The position numbers and the translations under genes were made by a program. From Xylographa opegraphella (lineage: Eukaryota): 64,000 bases of DNA. Positions 13,351 to 27,500 of the stretch are shown piece after piece (positions within the stretch are counted from its first letter, which is position 1; every line of letters begins with the position of its first letter). Below the pieces are notes generated by a model that saw nothing but the letters and a program-made list of their open reading frames with translations, had not been told where the DNA came from and did not search any database. Where the stretch lies: positions 62,001 through 126,000 of the forward strand of contig JALDZX010000003.1 in assembly GCA_022813865.1 (NCBI GenBank). Reading direction: 5' to 3'.

Positions 13351-16300
13351 TTACATATACAACGAAGCTACGGCTGTGATGTCTCTCTTGATCATCTCTT
13401 GGGCAGTCTGCATTTTCAAATACAGTTGCGGATCTCCAATGATTCTGGCCGCGTTCTTCACCTCCCGGCATGTCTCATCAAGCCTGGTGATGACCCTCAC
13501 AATGGTACCTTCCAGCACATCGGTCAAATCAGTGATGCGGTTGAAAGACATCCCTCGAGCCCATTCGTACACGACTTCGACCAGTCCAAACCGCGGACGA
13601 CTGACGAAGTCGTTGGAGTCACTGCTGGACAGAATGACCTGATGTTCAATCTGGAAGGAGTTGACTTTGGCAGAGATCTTGATGATGGTCTCTTTACCTC
13701 TTTCGAGGCTAGGGGTCAATGTAGGCTCAACGTCTGTCTTTTCTTGGAATACGAATGCCGAAAGCAACGCTACAATCTCTTCCGGCTCAAAATCCGCAAG
13801 GACATTCTCCAGAATCAACTCTGTAAGAACAAGTTCATCGGCTGAATGGATCTATGCGCCTTCATCAGCAAATAAGTTGCTCAAAGAGCAAGGCGTACAT
13901 ACTTCGCACGCAACTTTGCCTTTCAACTCCACTCTGGAACTCTCATCGATGAAGCCAAGGTCTTTGAGCACCAGGATCCGCTGCTCATAATCAGGAAGTA
14001 GCTGCAGATTCTGATCCGACATCAGCTGCCTTAGTTGCGTGATATTCTCCTTGATGAGCCACTCGTCGTGACACATGGCAAACTGCCACTTGTCAGCCTC
14101 AGCCATGATATGGACGATACAATCTCATACATGTTTGACAAAGTTGGGGCACTTCACACACTGCGTCTTTTGAGCAATCAGGACTTGTTTATTTCGCGCT
14201 TCCAGCAAATCCCGAAGTTGCACCTCTTTTATTCGATAGAGCCAGTCAATCTCATCCCAGCACGATATCGTCCACGAAGCACAGAACTTGGTAAACTCCT
14301 CCTCCGCTACTGCCACTGCCTCTGCTCTATGCTTCAGTATATCACTGATATTGACCTGCACTGAAAGTCAACAGTTTTTCTGACGTTTAGACCCGCACTG
14401 GTATTGTTACTTTTGCTACAGTCTTGCTAAGGCACTCGACATCCAGAAGAGAGACTCTGATAGGTTTGAGGCTCATTTCAGCGGGTGTTTTTGGTAACCT
14501 GGTAAAGAATTGGCGGAAATCCGGCAAGTACGGAAGGAGATCCTCAGAACGGCGTGTGGATGTGGTTGCACCAAACGAAAGGACCTCGATGGTCGGTGCC
14601 GATCCTTTGGCCGAACCCTCGTGTAAAAGAATACCCGCCATACGTATGCCATCCTGCAATATCGTTGGCATGCGAAATGAGGCTGAGAAATGGGACTTAC
14701 TTTGCGGAATACGATAAGTCTTCTAGGTGCAAACATCCGACGACCTACAGGTGAGTTTAAAAGTCCGAGATGCAAGTCCACTGTCACGGCTTGGAACTCC
14801 ATAGCCGCTGCATGACAAGTATCAAGGTCCATGTCGCAAATATCACATGGCTCGCGTTTGATCTTTGCGAGGTCAGCCTCTGAAACCTTGACTTGTTTCT
14901 CATGCTCTGGTAGCAGTGCCTGAGTAGCGTTCTCACTGAAGCTTCTCTTGATCATCTCTTCTATCTTTAAAGCTTCCACTCGTAGGAGATTCAGTATCAT
15001 GTTGTAAGTGAGTCGAAACTGTGAGCGCAGTTTCGTTGGATCGCCCGTAATCATCTGTCTCAAGGCCGCGACAGGCGGAGCCTCTTCTGCACCAGGTGCA
15101 ACGATGATAACAGTTCCAACAGGATCTAATCCGCGCCGACCTGCTCTACCTGCCATTTGCGTGTACTCGCCTGGAAGCAGATCTCTGAAAGCTCTTCCAT
15201 CGTGTTTGCGGAAGCCGGAAAATACCACCGTCCTCGTAGGCAGATTGAGTCCCATGGCAAATGTCTCTGTGGCGAATAGAACCTTCACCAATGTTTTAGC
15301 AAACAGAATCTCAACTACCTCTTTAACTATAGGTAACATTCCACCATGATGGACGGCGATACCTCGGCCGAGCAGTTCTCGTAAGCGTCGAATCTGTGGT
15401 AAGACCCGGTCTTCTGGCTTCAGACGAGCTATAGACCGCTCGATGATCATATGAATTGCGCTCTTTTCAGAAGCGGTACAAAAGTCAAGGTTTGACATTG
15501 CATCTGCGTTCTCTTCGCAGCGCTTCTTGGAAAAGACAAAAATACATGCTGGCAGAAGTTCCTCTTTTCGAAGGTGCTGAACCAAATGAACCCATATATT
15601 TCGATCTTGAGCTGCAGTAGTACGGCCACCGCCTCGACCTGTGCGTGCAATATTACCTCTACCTTGTTGTTGCTGCCCTCGACCGCGTTGTTGTTGACCT
15701 CCACGTTGTGGTCCACCTCGCTGAGGACCACCACGAGGAGCTGGACCTCGAGCTCGGCCATTTGGAGCTCCTCGTTGGCTTTGGGGGGCCTCAACTGGGG
15801 CAGGCGGTTTGATCTTGTCCCGCCCAGAAAGAACGTCATTCGCCTCTTTCCAGCCTTTGTCAAGAAACTTCTTGTCCGCGTTCACTATCTTGTACATAGC
15901 CTTGTTGGCCCAAAGATAATGCTCCAACGGAACTGGACGTTTTGGTGTTGAAATGACGTAAATGTCTTTCTTCTTCGTCCTTCCAACCCATGAAGCAAAT
16001 TCGTATGTGTTGGGAACGGTTGCCGAGAGTAAGATTAATGTGACATGTTCAGGAAGCATGATTATGACTTCTTCCCATACAACACCACGTTCAAGGTCAT
16101 TAACATAGTGTACCTCGTCGAAGATAACGTACTCCACATCTCTAATCAAATCTGCCCCTCGATACAGCATACTTCGGAGGATCTCAGTAGTCATAATCAA
16201 ACAACTAGCTTCAGGTCTGATCTGAACGTCCCCAGTGAGGATACCGACATCATCGAACTCCTGCCGGAAATCTCGAAACTTCTGGTTGCTCAGTGCCTTG

Positions 16301-17464
16301 ATAGGAGACGTGTAGATAGCCTTAGTCATGTGTTTTGCTGCAAGAGCAATGGCGTATTCCGCAACAACCGTTTTACCGGCGGATGTATGAGCTGCGACGA
16401 AAACAGAATCTCCGTTCTCAAGATGATAAACAGCCTCCTTTTGAAATGTATCGAGCTCAAATGGCCACTCTCGAGCCATTTCAGGTACGAGATCATGAAA
16501 GTTCGTGATATCCCTATTCACATCGACCATGTGAGCCCATTCTCGGCCACCTCTCCGAGTAGATGAGAATGCTAAGGGTGCACGGGGTTCGAGGGCTGGG
16601 AATTCAACAGGAAGGAGACTATCAATGTCTTCCTCCGAGTCACCTTCGGGCTCAAGGTCAGCAAGAGAATCCTGGCCTACATCACGAACCCTGGACCTAG
16701 CGTTATCCGAGTCTTCGTCTCCAGAAAGTTCTTCAGGCTCTTCACCCAAAGCCGCTTCGATCTGCTTTGCCGCTTGCTCGTCAACCTTAGCAACGGTTTT
16801 CGAGAAGTCCAGACCCCTTGTGAAGCCAGGCGGAATTTCAAGAAGGCCCCCTTCGCTTCCAAAATTGATCACTCGATCGAGAGTGTTGCCTTTGGTACGG
16901 CTAGCTCGCGAACTCTTCTGGATAGCTTGATCTTCAAGGTCTGCAACAGCTTGGACACCATCGAGTCCTCCAGGTGCAAAAGGGAAGAAGCCCGCCGCGC
17001 CTCTGACAAAGTCGGCTCGGTTGGCGGGCTTCCGTAATAGGGAAGTAGAGTTCTTAGCAGTGGCACTGTTAGCTGGGACCGTAATTTCCTTGTAACCAGT
17101 AACTCTTCCTTCAAGACCTTCGCGAGTGAATCGTGTGACTGTGCGACTTTGTGTAGGCGCGAGTTCAAAGAGCTCGCTGTACTCAATAGGAGTTTCCCAT
17201 TGTCTGTAGTTTGTTTAGGAAAAGTGCGTACAGGAAAGGCTGAACGTACTCTTGTAGTTTATTCAGCCATTCTGTGCTGAAAGTCGTAGACGGTTTAAGT
17301 ATTTCTTCTTCAAGATCTGCTTTGATGTCCTCGGATGTCTTTCGAGCAAGTTTATGAGGCCGTGGTTCTGTGAGAAATACATCGATGCACTCATCATCGC
17401 CACGGCTCTGCTTTTGATATCTAAAGTGGACATTTTCTAACGCTCTCACGAGATCTGTAGGCAT
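13351..17464 (-). CDS. SKI2: Ski2 DExH-box RNA helicase (cytoplasmic exosome cofactor), multi-exon
   Basis: [37 protein letters not shown]-terminal DSHCT ...[13 protein letters not shown], and Ski2-type N-terminus ([25 protein letters not shown]). Confidence 0.95.
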
Positions 17465-18782
17465 CTCGACTTATAAAATAAGCAATAGTGAACTTCTGTA
17501 ACACCTGAGGTAAATCTCATGCAAAGGCTTAAAAGTTAAGAGGAAAAATAGAGATCAGGAAGTAAGCCGAAAGTTTTGGGAAGACCTTACTTTCGCAAAC
17601 GAAAATGACAAGTCAGAATAGCGAAGATCGTAGGGACTTTCTAAGAAGTTCTTAGAGACTATCGATTGGCCGAGCAAATTACGCTTGGACGAAAGACGCA
17701 TAGATAGGACATCCAGACTGTATGTCTCTATTTCATGTATCTCACGTCTTTAGCGAGTTCAACTCAGCAAGTGGCGAATGCCCCTATTCTTTCTCTACAA
17801 TTTCTAACGTCTCTTCTCCGTCCACAGCTCAATTATACATTTGAACGAGTCACAGATCGTAAACAGAAGAGCGCACAGTGCGGAGTGTAGGATTTAGATT
17901 GCAGAGGATAGAGCGTGCTCAGAGTGTTACCTGGAGCTACGAGCGACTAATACATCACCAATATCAAATTTTGTATGCAAGAGATTAGTTAGTATGAGCG
18001 GCATAACTGAGCTCCTAGTAATTATCAAGGTGTAGACAAACGTGTCTAGCATTCAGGTAAATGTTAGTATCTAAATAATCATGGGAGTCTGCGATTTTAC
18101 GAATCACGGCAAGCCTGGGCTATTACCCGAGATTTCCATGTCGAAGGGCTTATTTCTCAACGCTATGCATAACTTGAACCCCATTTCAGCGCGAGTTAAT
18201 CGGCCAGGACTGGTAACCTGTAGCGGGTTCTCGTGAAGAACTCCTAGGTTCCTGAGCCTTTGCTTCCGAGAGGACATTTTCTTTCTGGTGGAGTGTGTTC
18301 ATCCGCTGGCACTCTGTATCCTCATACATCTTCCAAATTGTTCCTTTCTGCTTCATTCTTGTACCTTAGCCTTCGAAGTAAACCACCTAACCTATTGCCT
18401 GAAGCTCGCGATATGTTGTAGCGACCTAGAATCGAATGGAATAGTCATCCAGATATGCGTTCCTTGACGTGTTGATCAAGCTGTAAACACTGCTGATTGC
18501 GCTGCAATCTCTCTGTAATTTGTAATCTCATTCACGGAACATTCTCCTGCTTTTAATATAACCTACAGTATCATTCATCATTCCGTAATTCCAAAAGGAA
18601 ATTAGCCCTGTGGTCGGACGCCTACTTAACGAAGCTTCCCACCGACTCAACTTCCTCTCTTCTTCATCCATACTCTTCCTATCCAAACTCCAATAACAGC
18701 CTCTCTTCAACCCAAGTCTCATTCAATCTCAACTCTTCTTGACTTCCTCAGTCAACAAATTCAACAACTCAACATCGTCAAG

Positions 18783-19111
18783 ATGCAGTTCCTTTTGAAA
18801 GGGATGAGATGACAGTTGCACAGTATCCATGTTTGGCCGCAACACCTTCCCCAGTCCTAACATCTTCTCCAGCAATCTTCACCACTCTTGCCGTAGGCGG
18901 ACTTGCTCTGGCCATGCCGGTTGCTGATACGACCGACCCCGGTTACAATGGCGGCCCTAGCGGCAATGCTTTCCTCATTACTTGCAGCAACAACCTTGAT
19001 GACAAGTGTCGCGGCTCACCTTACAACTACTTCTGCAATCAACTCGGACAGATCTTCCATAGTCAGCAGAGCGATGACTGCGATTAGAACTGCCACTGTA
19101 TCTGGATCTGA
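18783..19111 (+). pseudogene. Small secreted cysteine-rich protein gene with a GG splice donor and an internal TAG (probable pseudogene)
   Basis: Removing 18802-18872 (GGATGA...CCTAAC...CCAG) gives signal peptide MQFLLKAIFTTLAVGGLALA and a mature part C-x7-C-x8-C-x14-C-D-[TAG 19085-87]-N-C-H-C-I-W-I-TGA. Confidence 0.7.
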
Positions 19112-19877
19112 TCTACTGTCCTCTTGAAGGTAAGATCGTGGCATCTAACGAACGCAAGTACTCATCTCTATTCAGACAACATCCTCGCACGTACATGTTC
19201 TTTCAATCGACTTTGCATTGTACAGACACGTTAATGTACAGGCATCCTTCTTCATACATTGGAGAATCAAATGTTTGTGAGAATTTAGCAAATGCGAGTT
19301 TGGACCTTTTGGATGTGTCTTCATCAAGACAGATAAATCACTTAGCCATTGGTAGATAGAGTTCTGGAGACTAGCAGCGAGCAGTTCTAAGCAATAAAAT
19401 CGGATCTGCAGACAATTCCAATTGATCATTGTAGACGTGTTATGGTTGTATGTGATTCCAATGCCATTTGTAGCAGTGACCGCCGAAAGGTTACGCCATG
19501 TAGGTGGAGCTCATTATGCTGAATTATAACTGTGGCAAAGAATCTGAACTACTTCCTACCTGCAAGCTGAGATCCACCGTACAACATATCCTCTATGCAA
19601 CGATAGTATATTGGTATAACCAGAACTATAACATTGACTGTGCTGCTTGAACAGCTTGCATGTCAAAACAAGCTCAGCCGATCCACAGGGCTGCGCTAAC
19701 CACAATTCTATCTAGCGCGTGAACAAATTGCACTACGCGCAAAGCAGCTCATAGCTACCTTACTTTAGTGTATGGAACAAATCTACACAAATCCATCTTA
19801 GCGACCATTGTCTGACCACACGGACTGTTTTGCTCAGAAATTGAGCTTCTTGTTAATTCTCGCTCCGAACCAAAGCG

Positions 19878-21061
19878 ATGTCATCTCGCACCCCCTCGCG
19901 TGGCCGTACGCGCTCCCGATCCAAAGTGCCTTACGCAGACCGTTCACGCTCACCCTCCGTTGCTCGCAAGAGTCCCTCCCTATCGCGCTCTCCTCGACGT
20001 TCTGTGTCTCCCCGCTCTCCTTCGCGTTCGAGAACACCTTCAGATAGGGGCCGTTACAACAGACGCAATGGACGAGCCAGAAGCGCAAGCCTGTCAAGAA
20101 GTCGGAGCCCGAGGCAGGATGCGCGTCCGTACCGAGGCCGGACCTACTCGCGCAGTCCGGACGGCGCTCCATCTGTACCGAAGAGCTCAAAGGTATCTTT
20201 CTCGCGTAGTAGGGTGATTGCGTTTGTATTGCCATATTGCTGACCATCAACCCGAGATCGTCGTCGAGAAATTGACCAAGAACGTCAACGAAGCTCACTT
20301 GCGTGAGATTTTCGGTGCCTACGGCCCTATCCGAGAAGTGGATCTACCTATGAACCGCCAATGTAAGTGCCAACCAGTCATAGCCTGTCCCACCCTCTTA
20401 ACTGTTCTTTGGCTTTCTTTTTGTCCCACCCTAGCTTGCTGACGTCCTTTCTCTCACAGTCATGACCAATCGTGGCACCGCATATATCATGTACTCATCT
20501 GCCAGCGCCTCTGAAGCCGCCATCGCGCACATGCACGAAGCGCAGCTCGACGGTGCGGTCATCAATGTGTCGATCGTACTCCCGCGCCGCAAATTCTCCC
20601 GTACACCACCCCCGGCTCGATGTGGCGTCCCCCAGTTCGAGTCTCGGCGTGACCTACCGCAGAACTCCTACCGTGCACCGCAACCCCCAAGCTATGGCGC
20701 GAGGCCCCCACCATCACAATACCGCTCTCCACCTGCACGTAGAGGTTCTCCACCAAGGAGGTACCCGTACGGTGGAAGGGGTGGAATTAGAGATAGGGAG
20801 CAAGATAGATATCGTCCGCGGTCAAGGACAAGGAGTAGAAGCCCGAGGAGCAGGACACGGTCCGTGAGGGGGAGGTCGAGGAGTTACACAAGGAGTCGGA
20901 GTCGAACACCGCTAAGGAGGCGGGGAGGCGGATTTCGGGGAGGAAGGAGAGAGAGCCCGGTGAGAGGAGGCAGGAGGAGGCGGAGCCCGAGTTATAGCAG
21001 CTATAGCAGCTATTCGAAAAGTCGAAGTCGGAGCCGCCCGAAATATGGAGGCAGACGGTAA
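19878..21061 (+). CDS. RNPS1: RNPS1-like SR-rich RRM protein (EJC/ASAP splicing factor), 3 exons
   Basis: RS-rich termini around an RRM: IVVEKLTKNVNEAHLREIFGAYG...NRGTAYI...AIAHMHEAQLDGAVINV. Confidence 0.85.
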
Positions 21062-21542
21062 GGTCTAGAGGACTAGCGTGGGAGTTTGGCGAAGTCAGGA
21101 CATCGGGAGTGGCAATAAGAGGGAGATTGCGTAATCAGAGAACCTACGCGTTTTTGGTACACGTCTTGGTCCCCTTCAAGTTGGCTGCCCTGGCCAAAAA
21201 AAAAAAAGGAAGCTTTGCGGAATGCGCGACTTGTGTTTCGAACGATGTTGTACGATAGAATAGGACGGTTCATTTGCAGCAGCTTGAGAGCTCTCGTTGT
21301 CTACGGACATCACGAAACCAAATTTCAGGCACCTTTATAAGACGCTGATATTGGTATATCCTGTTTGCTAACCATACATCATCACAAAAATGCTACACCA
21401 GGCATAAAAGTGTTCGTAGACCCACAACTCCCTTTCTTCGGTAAAAATTACAATGCAACGCACCTCCCACCAACCTAGACTTCCCACGACCTGATCCCCA
21501 TCTCCCACCCTCACAAAAGCCAACACAGTGGAAGCCCCACCC

Positions 21543-24500
21543 CTAGAAAAAAGCACACCACCCAATATACATCGCCGCCAACCTGACCGGGTCCGTCGCC
21601 TGCTGGATCAATTCATCTACATAGCCCTCCACACTCAGCGGCACACTCTCCGCCGGCAACAAACCGCGAACCTTGCTCCTCACACTCTCCAACACCCCCT
21701 CCGGCGTATCGGGCACGGCCGCATTGCGCTTCTTCTTACCGATGAAATCCGTCGTCGGGTCGTACAGAAAGGTCTCCAGAATAGTCATCAGCGTATCTTC
21801 ATTGCCCCTCAGGATCCCGAGCGTCAACTCGCACGATTTGCGGAAGGGGCCGTCGAAGCCATAGGCGCCGAAGGCGTCGACCATGTTGTGCGTGAGGCGG
21901 AAAGGCACGAGCTCGGGCTTCTCGAAGGTGAGCCCTTTGTCGAACAGGCAGTTGAAGTCGACGTGGAAGGTGCCGCCGTTGCCTTCTTCGAAGAGGATGT
22001 TTTCGCCGTGCCGGTCGCCAAGGCCGAGGACGTGCCCGACAATGGACATAACGGCGCAGGAGCGCGTGTATTTGAGACGGGCAGCGAACCAGGCGCCGGG
22101 CTCAGGGAACATGTCGACGAACCATTCGTGGAAGACAGGCGGAAATTGAGAGATGATTGAGTCCTTGAACATGTGAATGTTACTCGCGTTTGTGGCTTGA
22201 TCGAGAAGTATTTTGATCTCATTATAATTAACGCTTATGTTCTTCTGCTTGTATATCTTGAGTAGGATCTCTCGTAATGTTTTGAGATTGTCCACCCATT
22301 CAATCAGGCCGCATTCTTCATTGAGAGGGGTTACTGCATATGTTTTTATGTACAAACGGCGCTTGCTAGAATCTGCGTCTCGTTTTAGTGATCGGTTGAT
22401 CATGGCATTGAATTCCATCAGACGTTGATCTTTACGCAAGTCGTCCTTTGGCTTGCAAAGCAGGCCATATACACGACCGTCGGAGCCTCGAACGCTCACC
22501 TTGCGAGGTCGTTGAAGGGAATTGAGTACGAGTACGTCGTCCAGAAACATTGATATCGTGATGGTGTCCCTAGAAAATGCTTTATGCGTCTTCATATTGA
22601 TATTGTCGGTTACCGGAGGGAGGATTGGTCCTAGGGTTGACTCCAATGGAATTACAAGACGACACGAAGTAGTAGCATGTTTAAACTTCAACTGTTTAGC
22701 AAGACTGACGATGGACACCTTGTCGGGAAGCTCAGCATTGCATAACCTCAACAGATCATCCGAGAGTCTTTGAGCTTGGGTCATCAAGGTCCTCACTTCA
22801 ATTCCAGCCAATTCGGTTCTCAGCTTCTTGACGTTGTCGATGACTTTAGCCATGCAAAGTGCTCCTCGATGTGACCTCTCTTTGGAGGATGACTTGAGCA
22901 TCGCAACTAGAGTCCATAAAGCTTGTTGTGGATGCGTTGTCACCACCTTTGCGACTATCTCGACCAACATAGCCTGTACGGTCTGGTTCGAATGACATAT
23001 TCGTGCAACAATCTGAGCCAAGGCTGTATAGAAAACAAAAGGCGGCAGCCGGTCAATATACTTCTTCACCTGAGCATTAACGGCCCCAAATAACTTTCGT
23101 CGTTGTGCCACAGCATGAGTACGAAAGTTCTCGTCATTGCCATACTTTGGGTCGAGCGGCTTGTCGACATCATTCGCAAGGTCAAGCCACAACGTCAGCA
23201 CTTTTGGTAATGTCTGATAGATGTACTTAGCACCGAAGGCTAGGGATCTCAAATAGTTCTCAATGACAAGCTTAGCAGTTTCTCCCGTAATGAAAGTTTG
23301 CGCCTGCTTGGCTGGTGACTTGGCCTTCTCAGAATCGAGCAGCTTATTATAATGCTTCCCAAGGTAGTAGTGGCCTTTTTCCCATCTGTTGTAGAGATCG
23401 ACCGCTTTCTTGTACTGCTGAATGATTACATCTGATTGTGTTTGACCAGCTCGATCTATCCATTTTGCCAGCAACAAGTGAGCTTTGGCAGTGAGGATAT
23501 TTTGGGATGTTTGAGCTGTGTTGTCATTCGTGGAAACATAATCATAAGAGCGGAAAGCATTTGCTGCTATAGCTCCTTCTAAACTCTGTATAGCTTTCCG
23601 ATGTTGTCCTTCACGCCAGAGAAGTCGCGAGTGTTCTATCGTGGCAGAGGTATCTCCAAGTTGTGAAGCATGGAGTACGGCATTGAATGCTTGGTGAGTG
23701 AAGTTACCTTTTCGAGCTAATCGGGCACTTGTGAGCCACGCCGAGGAAAGGTCAATCTTCGAGAAACCATGCCTGGAGCAGAAGTTAGTAAAAACAATGA
23801 GAAGGGGTGACGGCCACTAACTTAGACAACTGCATCGCGGCTCGCCTCAACCCTAGAAGATATTGCTTGTCGACGAAGAACGCTCCCAGGACATTTAGTC
23901 GTTGATCTAATGATGTTAACAGACTTGGTAAATCTGGTTCCTCGCTCTCTTTAAGACCACTAATCACTTCGATCTCGGTCAAGATGTGGAACTTTAGCAT
24001 GTCATCATGGCAGGCCTGAAGAGAGGTGGTTGCTGGCATCGACAGGCCCCTAGCAATGCTTTCCTGAATGGTACCTATAATTTCGCTACTGTGGTGATAA
24101 TCTTTCTTGTACAAGGCCAGAAGTACTGAGCCTATACCAACGTTGAAATCGCCACCAAAGCCGGATTTTCTATGAGGAAGGTAGTGTTCCAACTTATCCC
24201 ACTTTCCAGTCACCCATGCGGCCTCCACGGCGAATGGTCTTGTCATCATAACAGTAGCGTGAGATTCATGCAGTCCAGCAATGGTGCTTAACAGAACATC
24301 TGTCCACATATAAGCACTAAAACAGAACACAGTGGTACTTCAAGGACACACCATGTTGACCAGACTCCCGAAGACTGCTCAACAAATTGAACTGCACTTC
24401 GGTGTCTTCTGGCTTCTCTGTTAGCTGCAGCTCGTACCAACTCTGCACAGCAGTCCATCGACCAGCCTTTCGATGTTCGAGAACTTGCTGATCGATGTTC

Positions 24501-27500
24501 AGTACTTGCAGATGGCTTGAGATGCCCTCGATACCATCAGGTTCATCGATGTGTGTATAAATGTCTTGGAGCTTCTCGTAGAGATTTTCAAGCTCATTTG
24601 AATCGAGGCCATGATTCTTTTGTTGTCTTATGTACTGCTCCCAATAGTACAGTGCGCGGGAAAACGATCTGCACTCCATGGCTCGTTGGGACATTACCTT
24701 GGCTGGTATGACCGAAAGAAATCCCTCCGCTCTCGCTATCTGTACCAAATGCGGCTCGGTCTCGGTGTTGGACAAGGTTCGTCCTTGTCGAGCGGCTGAA
24801 GATATCATCCCGGCCAGTTCTCTCTTCTTCTCGTGGACCCATCTAGAAAAGTAGTCTAGCACCTGAAAGACATTCTGTGCCTGTTAATACTGACTCGATA
24901 TCAATAAAATATAACGTACCTCGCTGCATGACACTATATTGTCACGAAAGAATTGGTTGTTTTCCGGCACTGTCTGTGATAACACGGTCAGAAGTTCGCT
25001 AGCTATCTCATTTCTCTGGTCTTCTGTGCCCCCAACCACTATATTCAAAGCAACGAACGGGAGAAGGAAACTCGGGATTGAGATATCCTGCCCCCGAACA
25101 GCCCTTCTGAATACCGGAAACATCTCTGCTGCATTCGCGCCACAACCTTTCCGCAATGAATCGAAAACGAAGTCGCGAAGCCATTGTGAATGAGTAATAC
25201 CAGGTTTGTATAGTGGATACACGCAACTTGGAACGCCAGGAGACGACAGGACATATTTCGACGTCAGGAACGGAGTCAACGTGTTCCTGACTGTTTCGGG
25301 AATAGCTACCCATCTTCGATACGTATCGCTAGATTGAGTGCTGCCATCTCTGAATGTCACTGACGTATCAAACGTACAGAACTTGAGTAGCTCTTGGATC
25401 ACGTAACCGAGAAAGCTCTGAGCTCTGGTGTTGGTAGCCGACAAAAATGCTTTCACCAGCACCCCCTGGATAAAAAAAATGACGAATTCGATTGTTTCGC
25501 TCGCTTTTCCAAAATTCGAGAGCACCAGAATGTCTTGATTATCCCTTGCCGCCTCAATTCTGGTTGGATCTAAACAGCCGATCAGACCTAGGCATTTCGC
25601 ACATAGAATCGCGATCGGCGAGCTTCCTCCACTGAGTCGTACACAAGCATCTAGCAGAGATCGGACCAATTGCGTTATGACTGGATCTGGTTGTTCGCTT
25701 ACTGAGGACACGTGAAGAAACGCTTGAAACTCGGTTAGATATAGCTCGAGTTCGGCCAAGGCTCTTAAAACAACTGTAGGATTCTCGTTCTGGCAGCGTA
25801 TACTGAAAGCTTGAAATTGATGCCGAGGATCCGACTGAGCTTTGAGTTTGCTCAATTCGGACGCGAATTTTGATAAAAGTGGTATGGAGTCGAGGGAGGG
25901 TATGCTATTGATCATCTCGCGAACCATTCCGCTGTGGCTATTCAGTAACAGACTTATCATCTGATAAGTACGCTCGTGTATGCTGGCATTGAATGATTGC
26001 CAGTGCTGGGCTATGATTGCAAACGTCGGGTTTACAAGGTTTTCAATATCTTCTTCTCCGAGAGTTCCAACGAGTATAATCCAAACGCCGAAAGCTTCAT
26101 TACAAAGATCTTTGTCTTCGATTGCAGACTGTAGGCACGCGCAGATCTACGAGTGATGAGCTGAGTGTAGACCTAAGATTGAAAAGGTAAAGATAAGTAA
26201 CGACTTACCTGAGGTAGGGCATTACAAACATGGCTTTTTGCCAGTCTGATCATCTCTCGAATTGCTCCAATGCATCTTCGTTTCTCTGAAAGTGACCGCA
26301 AACCTTCTCTTTCACCAACGATATCAGAGAGCAGTGCCATGATGCCGATCACATGCTGCTCAAAGAATGGTCCGACTCCACCGCTTCTCCTGGAAGAGCT
26401 CTTGGTTGATCCACTCCGCCGCTGGCTGTAATCTGCAAGAGTGTGGATTGCTTGATGAACCTAGTACTCAAGATGAGATGGGAGTGGTATGACAGCGTAG
26501 AATGGACTCACTCGAGCACTTCTGCCTCCCTCTTCCTCTCCAGCAACTTTAAGGAGTTCAAAGGCTGTCAGCATAGGCTCGCTTCTCATAAGCTCTATGA
26601 TATCGGCGTCTTTAAAGTCTGGCGAAGCTTCTTTCAGAAGGGACATGATCATTGTTTCCTGGTCAGTCGATGGCTGAAGAAGGAGGAAAGCCAATATCGC
26701 TGCTAGCTGAGCATGTCCCATGCAGAGCGACTTGATAGAATGTTCGGGCCCGCATGCATTTACAATTCGTTGCAAAATGTCTTTTCTTCTCGTTGCTATA
26801 AGATAAGGGATTGTGTAGAACTGGGTGATCTCGAGAAACTGAGAAACAGTCATATTAAGCAAATCGCAAACCCTTTGGACAATCTGTGGTCGACTCTGCA
26901 GATCTTTGACGATAACGACTGCTATCGTACGCCAATAAGGTTCGAAGACACGCATGGCTGTCATGGGAGCGCTACCACATATTTTGAGCAACTTTCTGGT
27001 TGTTAGTCCTCTCAATGAACTCTAGAGAAGCATTCTAACCTCTTCATAGGCCAAGCCGCAAATCAGCGGGTTCGTGTGCCCTAGGTATTCTATCAATCGC
27101 AGAAGTACAAGATTCATTTCGTATTCACTCGAAATACTGATGTTCTTATTAGCACTGATTATAAAAATCTGCTAACAACATACATAGCTATCTGACCCCA
27201 GGCGAGTAAGCATGTCTCTTGTAAGGCAAGTCCGCTCCTCTCGGAAAGGCCGCGTAAAAATTCTAAAGCGGTGATTCGGTTTTGATGCAAAAAAGTGTCC
27301 TCTAATCCTTCCTGTAGAAAGACTGTCAGTGTCCGCCTGCAGATCAGATTAGCACTTGTCGAAGCTACTTCGCTGTGAAGTTACCCGGCTGCGACTCTAA
27401 GATCACGTAGAGAACTGCGTAGCGCTTGCAGACACCATTGGCCAAGTGGCGACATCCGAAGATCGAGGTAGTTTGAATCCTGAGAATGTGCCAATAAGCG

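Noticed and set aside
17470..18780. 1.3 kb gene-free gap as a possible TE relic or ncRNA
   Set aside because: No terminal repeats, transposase/RT motifs, tRNA boxes or snRNA signatures seen.
21528..22222. Overlapping ORFs antisense or out of frame to the MEC1 3' end
   Set aside because: Shadow ORFs caused by high GC3 in the real kinase frame.
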